DNA of 63,744 nucleotides from Paraspadella gotoi (lineage: Eukaryota > Animalia > Chaetognatha). The first letter of the stretch is position 1; each line of letters opens with the position of its first letter. The notes under the pieces are model-generated. The model made no database searches and had not been told where the DNA came from. It saw only the letters and a list, made by a program, of their open reading frames with translations. The translations under genes and the position numbers were made by a program. Location: positions 30,566,309 to 30,630,052 of the forward strand of contig CM119264.1 of the NCBI GenBank assembly GCA_051294375.1. The letters are read 5' to 3'. Of the stretch, positions 54,769 to 63,744 are shown piece after piece.

Positions 54769-56814
54769 TGATTCATTGCTATAAGTACATCTTTCTTTTA
54801 TAAAGAACATTTTTTTCTTTAGTTGCTTTATAAATCATGTAATCTTGGACATGTTGATTTGTTTCATTTTATTTTAATTTTTTTTCATTTTGTGTCGTTT
54901 CATTTTGTTTCAATTTATTTTGTTTTATTTATTTTATTTTTTGGTCCCATTTTTTGGGTTTTGCTTTACTTTGTTTGACTTAGTTTTGTTTTGCTTGTAC
55001 TGTTCAAAAACCCATTATACTATATTTGCGAACAAACAGACAGACAGACGGAAAAAAAGACAACCAGGCAAACAGCAGATAGATCATCTGTTTCAAACGA
55101 AAAATGAAGAAAAAGAAATAGGAATTCTGCGACTTTTTCCGGCTTCGTCTGTGACTTCGCCTCTCCTTTCCCGCTCTCTGTTTCTCTCTCTCTCTCTCTC
55201 TCTCNNNNNNNNNNNNNNNNNNNNNNNNNCACAGAAGCTAAGAGGGAAAAGATCAGTCCGAACTTAGAAAAAATAAAGGATAGCATCTTGATATATAGAA
55301 AAAATGGAGAAAAGAAAGAAAAAAAGAAAACGAAGCAAAAAGAAAGATAATTCCAAAATAAAGAAGCAAACAAGAACCGCGAAATTCCAATGTTGTTTTT
55401 TGAGCCGCCGCCAGCGATTTTATATTGCATGATATGACTATGACATGACATGAACTAACAAATTTATCTTCTGCCGCGTGTAATTTATGACATGCACTTC
55501 ATAAACAATACCGATGTCTTTTATTCTTTATAGTGTTTAGGAGAATTCCTGATAGGCCGCGCCCGCTAAGCTGAATTGATTAACGCAAGTGGGAAAGACT
55601 GACGCCCGCACAGACATACGATCCGAGCCGACGGATCCGACCGACATGACATACCGACCGTCCTTATAGAGTTACTTCGCCCGGAGACTCTGCGTAAGCA
55701 ACTAGAAAGAAAGCAAAGCGGAAAAAATTAATTACTAAAGAAAGCAAAAAAAGAAGACAAAAGAGAGAAAAGAAGAAAAGATAGACCAAGCATAGACAAA
55801 GAAAAATGAAAGAATAGAAAGCAAAAAAGAAAGAATAAGAAGAAAGAAGAAAGAAAGAAAAAAAGGAAAAAGAAAAAATAAATAAAGGAAAGAAAGAAAG
55901 AAAGAAGAAAACCAAGAAAGAAAGAAAGCATAAGAAAGAAAGAAAGAAAGAAAAGAAAGAAAGGAAAAGACATAAAGATTTATGTTAAGGAAAAGGCAAA
56001 AGACTTAAAGTGACTGACGCTCCGAACGTTTCGCTGTTCGAGGGTCAAGATTTAAAGCGTTTTTATTTTGGGATCCTCTCTGCACGCTCTCTCTCGCTCT
56101 CTCTCTCTGTCTCTCTCTCTCTCTCTCTTGATCATTTGCTATAATAGTTACATCTTTCTTTTATAAAGAACATTTTCTTTAGTTGCCTTTATAAATTCAT
56201 TAATCTTTGGACATGTTGATTTGTTTCATTTAATTTTAATTTTTTTATTTTGTGTCGTTCATTTTGTTTCAATTTTATTTTGTTTTATTTTATTTTATTT
56301 TTTTGTCCCATTTTTTGGGTTGCTTTTACTTTGTTTGACTTAGTTTTGTTTTGCTATATGTTACTGTTTCAAAACCCATTTACTATATTTGCAAACAAAC
56401 AGACAGACAGACGGAAAAAAGACAACCAGGCAAACAGCAGATAGATCATCTGTTTCAAACGAAAAATGAAGAAAAAGAAAAGGAAAATTCTGCGACTATT
56501 TTTCCGCGCTTCGTCTGTGGATTCGCCTCTCCTTTCCCGCTGTCTGCTTTCTCTCTCTACTCTCTCTCTCTCTCTCCTCTCTCTCTCTTTTCTCTCTTAG
56601 TCTCTCTCTCTTTCTGCTTTCTCTACTCTCTCTTCTCTCTCTCTCTTAGTCTCTCTCTCTTTTCTCTCCTCTCTTTCTCTCTCTCTCTCTCTTTCTCTCT
56701 TAGTCTCTCTCTCTCTCTCTCCACTCTCTCTCTCTCTCTCTTTAGTCTCACTCTCTCCTCTCTTCTCTTCTCTCTCCTCTCTCTCTCTCTCTCTCTTTCT
56801 CTCTTAGTGATGGC

Positions 56815-58295
56815 ATATGGGTTGACTTCCCTCTCCACTATCTTCGACGCTGATTGGTACCATCCGCGACTCAGCGCGGACTACCCGGCGACGGATTAGG
56901 TTCGCCTTCCTGATTCGCTCGTCTTCGCCGCGAAAGGAAGAGGATTTCTCGTTCCTTCTCTATCTCACTTTCTCTCCTTTCGCTTCCTCGTTTCGCGCGA
57001 GTCTAAACTCACGAATTCGGGAAAATTTATCATTCTCATGAAAAATCAGTCAATGTCAATAGTTAAAGTTATAAAGCATAGAAGATAAAAAAATTAAAAT
57101 AAATAGCAGTATTAGAAGGTTCATAGTGAGGGTAATTCGGTAATAATTTTTTTAAAAAAATGTTTTAAGTAAATATTTTAAGTAGTTTTCAAGAAAACGC
57201 CAAACCCCGGCGGCAAAAGTAAAATTTAACAATATAATATCGATTTTTTTCCATAATTTAATTTTGTATTATTATTATACTTTTTCTTCGTCACTTGGAT
57301 CAGTCTGGTTCAAGTTTAACTTTGTTTTATGTCCTGGGAATGCTTTGACAGTGTTTAGAGAGGTCGCGTTCGATCAGCAACTGCTCGGGCTTATGCCGTT
57401 GCTAGAAGTAAAACAAATGTTCCTTCAATAATGTCCTCCAGACTTACCACTTGCTACAGTTATACATAAAATAAACTCAAAAATAAGTATTTAACTGTTA
57501 AGATCAATAAGAGTTTTTCCAGGAAAAAAATCAATCTTACTAAGATCGATCATTAAAACTAGTTTTTATGGGATTACTTTGCCAGCAGAAAATTAAATTG
57601 TAAGAAAAATTAGATAACAAAAAAAAGAGTCAAAACTTATGAAAAAAACAAAGATGTCAACTACAAAATCGCAGTAAAGTAAAGACCACAAAAAAAAGTC
57701 AAATATATATTTCACTGCTTAATATGGTTCTGATCATATTTTTGAAAGTTTTTTGAAAATCTGAATTTAGATTCAGGCACTAACAACAGTAATGATCAAT
57801 CATTTTCAGAAAGAAAAACGACAATAACAAAAAACAGAAAAGACAATAGTAAAAATAACAATAAGAGTTCGCAAGTCACATAAATAGTTAAGGTTTAAGA
57901 GTCGTTAAGGTTGTTGTTATGTCAGGTCGTCGGGGCACCAAACAGAACATAAAAACACGATGAAAAAAAAAAATAGAAAAGCAAAAACTAGAGAGAGAGA
58001 GAAAAAGAGACTCAGAGCGTATCCGACCGTCACCCTAGACCCGCGACGACGCCCGTGGTAGAGAAAGGAAGAGGGATCTCGCTCATTCGAGGATCACACG
58101 CGGATGACCTCCGACCGACCGCGGTAAGAGAGAGACAGCGGACAGAGAGGGGAAGCCTTTTGGTGTCTCGCGGGCTCGGTCGATTGTCAACAACCCCGTT
58201 CTAGCTCCTCCCCCCCTCCTCTCACTCTCTCTCTCTTCCTCTCTTTCCTCTAGCCCCTCTCTCCTCCCCTCTCCCCTCCCTCCCCTCTAGTCTCC

Positions 58296-58339
<44 letters not shown>

Positions 58340-58348
58340 AGTCTCTCC

Positions 58349-58383
<35 letters not shown>

Positions 58384-61237
58384 TTCTCTCTTAGTCTCTC
58401 TCTCTCTCTCTCTCTCTCGTCTCCCCAGCCTCTCTCTTCTCTTTTCTCTCTCTACTCTCTCTTTCTCTTTCTCCTCCTCTCCTCCCTTTCTCCTCTCTCT
58501 CCTCTTCCCTCCGCTCCTCTCTCTTTCTCTTTAGCTCCTCTCCCTCTCTCCCCCCTCCTCTCTCTTTCTCTCTTAAGTCTCTTCTCTCTTTCTCCTTTCT
58601 CTCTCTCTCTCTCTTTCTCTTTCTCTCATGGGCGGTTGGCGACAATCGGGACCCGAGCCGCCGGGCGGTTAGTAACAAAAGGCTTCCCAACTCTGTCGCT
58701 CCTTACTCTCTTACCGCGGTCGAAAGTCGGAGGTCATCCGCGTCAGTGACTCTCGAAAATGCAGCGAGATCCTCTTCCTTTCTCTACCGACGGGCGAATT
58801 CGTCCGCGGGTCATAGGGCTTGCGAAAAGCATCCGAGAAAATACCGCTCTGACTCTTTCTCTCTCTCCTAAGTTTTTGCTTTTCTATTTTATATTTTCTC
58901 GCTGCTTTTTAAATGTTTACAATGGTTTGGTGACAACAACACTACAACAACAATGACAAAACAACACCTTAACGACCTCTTAAACTTAACTATGTGACTA
59001 CACTCTTTATTGTTATTTTTACTATTGTTTTTCTGTTTTTGTTATTGTCGTTTTTCTCTCTGAAAATGATTTTTGATCATTACATGTATGTTAGTGCCTG
59101 AATCTAAATTCAGATTTTTTCAAAAAACTTTTCAAAATATGATCAGAACCATATTAATGGAAATTAGATTACACAACCGGTAGGTCAAGTAACTCAAAAG
59201 TTTAGTAATAAAAATCGGAGTGACTCGGAATATTACATTTTTCCTAGTGATGTATAAAACAAAATTTAGCCACAAACCAAAAAAAATAAAAAAGTTTCCT
59301 CACCTTTCCTGTTTGCCATTCTTTATCTAGAAGGAGATAAACATTTTTTATCTTTTGCAGGTTAAGCCAATGGCCGCATGTTCTTTTTTCTTTTTTCAAC
59401 TTTTGTTTCTTTTAAAGCAAACAAACAAAGATTAAATAACTTTATGACAAAGACGGAGAGAGCGCCTGGAAAGGAAAGCATCTAAGAATCCTTGCCTATT
59501 AAAGTATTTTGATATGATTCAAGTAAACAGTATCAAAAATGCGTTATGAGAAAAGCAAAAAACTGATTGAACTATATCCTCTCTGTCTCAATAGCTTTTT
59601 TGTATTTGCTTAACTGTCTTTACGAGTCTTTCAAGATTAAGTTTACAAGACAAGAAACCTCATTGCCAATAGTATTTCATTGTTGCTTTTTTAGTGCTTA
59701 ATATTATTTTTTATACCTATTGCTGATCAAACGTATATATACAGCTTTTAATTCTATATTATGTATATTTATTTAAATTTTATATAAGATTAATAAGTTT
59801 TTATTAATAATCAAAATATTACTGTGAACGTTTTAATCTTATGCATATTGGAGTAACCCGATTCTTAGCGACCTTAAATAAATCCGTGACAATGTCTTCT
59901 TATTTCTCTTTAAATTCCTGCTAAGTCATTTTACCAAAGTAGTATGCCCAACGAAAAACCAAGCAAAAGAACATGCAAAAAAAATTGTTACAGTAATCAC
60001 ATCTAAAATAAAAACTGAAAAAATATTCATGAGGAAGGATTGAAATTTTAAGTTTGATATACCTGCCAGAAATTTTCTTTTAAGTGGTAATGCATTCTTA
60101 AGCAAATTTTTTAAGTTTGAAAAAGAATAAAGCATATATAGTAAAAATGCTTCCAACTCAATATGATAATTTCAATTTGCCTAAACATTTTTAACCTCAT
60201 CAAGATGGTTATAAGTATGTTTTATCTTTTTTAAAGTCTCAAATTCCGTTATGAAATATAATTTATTGAAGAGCAGTGAAATTATATTTATAATTGAAGC
60301 ATTTTTTGTGGTCTTTACTTTCCAGACAGAAAAATAATTGTAAGAAATAACATCATTCTTTTCATAAGTAATACTATTTCGACATCTTTTTTTGTAATAC
60401 TATTACAATTATTTCTGCTGGCAAGTAAACCCCATAAAAAACTAATTTAAATGAATCGCATCTTGTAAGAATGGACTTTTCTGAAAAAACTTCTTATTGA
60501 TCTTAAACAGTTAAATAACTTATTTTTAAGTTCTAATTTATGTTTAACTGTAGCAAGTGGTAAGTCTGGGAGAGAACATTATTTGAAGTGAACATTTGTT
60601 TTACTTTTAGCCCGCATAAGCGAGCCAGTTGTGATCGACGCGACCTCTCTAAACACTAATGTCAGCATTTCCCAGACAAAAGACAAGTTAAACTTGAACC
60701 AGACGTGCACAATTCGACGAAGCAAAGTAAAGTAATAATACAAAATTTAAAAATTATGGAAAAAAAATCGATAATTATATTGTTAAATTTTACTTTTGCC
60801 CGCCGGGGTTTTTGGGCGTTTTTTGAAAAAACTACTTAAAATATTTATTTAAACATTTTTTTTTTAATGTATTACCGAATTACCCTCACTATGTAACCCT
60901 ATTCTAATCCTAAACTACTCCCGTCCAGGTAAAAGTAAAATTTGCTATTTTATTTTTATTTTTATTTCTATGTTTATATACTTTTCCTATTGGACATTTG
61001 GACTGATTTTTCATTGAGAAAATTGATAAATTTCTCCCGAAATTCGAGAGTAAGACTCACGAAGAGGAGCAAAAGGAGAACGAGAGTGAGAAGAGAAGGA
61101 AGAGAATCTCTTCCTTCGCGGCGAAGACGAGCGAATCAGGGAGCGAACTACTTCCGTCGCCGGGGTAAGTTCCGCGCTGAGTCGCGGAATGCGACCCAAT
61201 CAGCGTCGAGATAGTGGAGAGGAAGTCAACCATATAC
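56815..61237. mobile_element. 4.4 kb foldback-type palindromic element
   Basis: Left arm 56815-~58200 is the reverse complement of 58670-59157 plus 60271-61237. The core is ~450 bp of non-palindromic CT-rich sequence. No N gap inside; (CT)n on both flanks. Confidence 0.75.
59158..60265. mobile_element. ~1.1 kb AT-rich insertion in the right arm of the foldback
   Basis: Interrupts CATATTAA|GCAGTGAAA, which is intact in the left arm. Degenerate ~20-bp TIR AAATTAGATTACACAACCGG / CCGTTATGAAATATAATTT. TTAA on the left, TTGAA on the right. Confidence 0.55.
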
Positions 61238-61294
61238 CTCCTTCTCCTCTCTCTCTCTTCTCTTCTCCATACTCTCTCTCTCTCTCCTCCTCTC

Positions 61295-61328
<34 letters not shown>

Positions 61329-61640
61329 TCCCCTCCCGAAAAGATATTTAATTCTCTTTCTATTTTCCTTCCTATTTTTTTTTCTCCCGCAAATTTCACT
61401 TTGGAGGCGTGCGCGGTGATAGAGAGAAAGACGTGAGAGAGAGTGGAGAGAGGAGAGAGGAGAGAGAGAGAGAGAGCAGAAGGAGAGGGGTCTTTTCGCG
61501 GTGTAAGGCAGAGAGAGAGACAGGGAGTAAGTCGCTCGGTTTTTTTTGCTTTAGAGGCAACTTCTGATTGTTATTTCATATTTTTCCTTTCAAACAGAAT
61601 AAAGTTGCGAATGCAGGAAAGAGAGAGAAAGAGATGAGAG

Positions 61641-61678
<38 letters not shown>

Positions 61679-61810
61679 AAGTTGCGAAGGAAGAGATTTC
61701 CTTCTCGCCCTTCGTCCACAATCTCCTTCTTCATAGGTCACTTTTTGGTCGGTCTGTCGGTATGTTGGTTTAGTGGAAAAGGCGCTCAGTGGGCTGAAGA
61801 TAACTATTCA

Positions 61811-62016
61811 CAACTTTTTTAGCTCCCTCTAGCAGCCATGAATCGAGTCCTTGGCTTGGAACCAGGCTTGAGGGTTTTCCACGCCCCAATGGCGTTTTTC
61901 GGCCGTCCTTACGCTTTCCGCGGGGTAAATACCATCGGGGATCGAACCGGGTACCTAATGCGAAAGGTCATGAGCTGATAGTATTACTCAATGAGTCACC
62001 GGGTCACGACTGAAGG
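61811..62016 (-). mobile_element. tRNA-derived SINE
   Basis: Minus strand has an A-box-like GTGACTCATTGAG and a B box GGTTCGATCCCC (61948-61937) followed by a tRNA-unrelated body; second copy at 981-1148. Confidence 0.75.
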
Positions 62017-62708
62017 AGCGGTAACATGATCACTTAAAATTGGATCATACGACCAGATAATTATTGTAACTTATTTCATAAAATATTGAGTAATCTCAGT
62101 TTATACTTTATACTTTACTAAAACAAAAGTGATTTCAAAATTCTTTGTCTGCATATGTTAAATACTAGAAAAATCAATTAACCATTTAGTTGATTACATG
62201 ATTAAAAAGTAAATACAACCGATTTTATATTTTTATTTTTTTTAATCTAATATTAGGTATAATTATAATAATTATTATAATAATTATTATAAATAAGTTC
62301 TGAACTATAAGAACTTAATGATATGATCGTTATTATCTATATATTATATATATTAATATACATACATGTTTAAAAATACATTCCATACTAGCCACGCAAC
62401 ACCTTGAACTTTCCTCGTCATCTTATTTCTTTTCCTCCCCAACTTTTTCTTCTTTTGCCTTCAATTTTTCTTTTTAATCTTTCTTTTTATTTTCCTCCTT
62501 TAAAGATGATTTATGAGGAGAAAGAAAAAGAGAATTGATTTTGTTTTAAACGCGAAGTCACGAAAAAACACGGTTTTTTTTCTTTTCTTTTTTTTTCTTA
62601 TTCATTTATAACTTTCATTTACAATTCTTTTATAAATCTTGGCTTTTTTCTGGTTGGAACTAAAGGCTGAATTGGGTGAGCATCTGCTCGCGGAGGAAAA
62701 AGCTATTG

Positions 62709-62742
<34 letters not shown>

Positions 62743-63182
62743 NNNNNNNNNNNNNNNNNNNNNNNNNNNNNNNNNNNNNNNNNNNNNNNNNNNNNNNNNN
62801 NNNNNNNNNNNNNNNNNNNNNNNNNNNNNNNNNNNNNNNNNNNNNNNNNNNNNNNNNNNNNNNNNNNNNNNNNNNNNNNNNNNNNNNNNNNNNNNNNNNN
62901 NNNNNNNNNNNNNNNNNNNNNNNNNNNNNNNNNNNNNNNNNNNNNNNNNNNNNNTCCCATTTTCTGACCCCTGAGGGCGACGACTCCTTACCCGACCTTA
63001 CCTCAATTTCTATCCTCGCCTAAAAAAATGGCCACTTTAGGTTTACTTACCTCAAGTCGGTGACTCACCTTTGGCTCCTGAGTTTCCTGACCTTCTTAGT
63101 CTCTTTATGGTTGATATCGTAACTCACTCACTGCCTTCTTTTCCAAAGCCACGACCCTACTTTGCTTGGCTGGGCTCTGCTG

Positions 63183-63219
<37 letters not shown>

Positions 63220-63710
63220 NNNNNNNNNNNNNNNNNNNNNNNNNNNNNNNNNNNNNNNNNNNNNNNNNNNNNNNNNNNNNNNNNNNNNNNNNNNNNNNNN
63301 NNNNNNNNNNNNNNNNNNNNNNNNNNNNNNNNNNNNNNNNNNNNNNNNNNNNNNNNNNNNNNNNNNNNNNNNNNNNNNNNNNNNNNNNNNNNNNNNNNNN
63401 NNNNNNNNNNNNNCGTCCAACCCCTTTTAACTTTTATCTCATCTTGAGATCCAAATGTTTGACTTCAGCTTTCATTTCTCGATTAATTGCAGAACACTTT
63501 TAAAAAATAATAACAATTTTTTAAAAAATATTAAAGAAAATATTGTATTTTAATTTCTTTACTACATATTAAATAATCTTTTTTCTAATTTCAAACGTTC
63601 ATTATGATTTATTATGATTTTGTGATTTTGTGATTTTGTGATTTTGTGGTATTTTTATACGCATGAAACTACAAAGGCGCTTGGACGAATAAACTCTTTT
63701 TATACCTCTC

Positions 63711-63744
<34 letters not shown>

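Overview
Repeat-dense eukaryotic genomic DNA, most likely an invertebrate animal: AT-rich, CpG still common, full of (AG/CT)n microsatellites. It comes from a gapped draft assembly with signs of long-read gap filling (eight gaps of exactly 25 N, most beside noisy duplicated sequence). There are no prokaryotic genes, and nearly all listed ORFs are low-complexity or N artefacts. One real host gene is visible on the minus strand. A signal-peptide/propeptide exon ending in a furin-like RRKRRK (24403-23956) is phase-compatible, across a ~21.5 kb intron, with an exon encoding a V/I-type Ig domain (2412-1193, broken by an assembly gap-fill). That intron holds nested mobile DNA: a long-TIR MITE, a CCA-bearing tRNA-Lys(CTT) 3' fragment between 18-bp direct repeats, a ~6.7 kb BEL/Pao-type LTR element with gag but no pol plus an unknown, possibly spliced second ORF, and a ~13 kb inverted duplication with a TSD-flanked insertion in one arm. 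The rest contains Helentron-derived (HINE/DINE-1-like) repeats, a tRNA-derived SINE family, 46-, ~60- and ~156-bp tandem arrays, a 4.4 kb foldback palindrome and several probably artefactual duplications. All alignments and translations were done by eye, so boundaries are approximate unless a motif is quoted.
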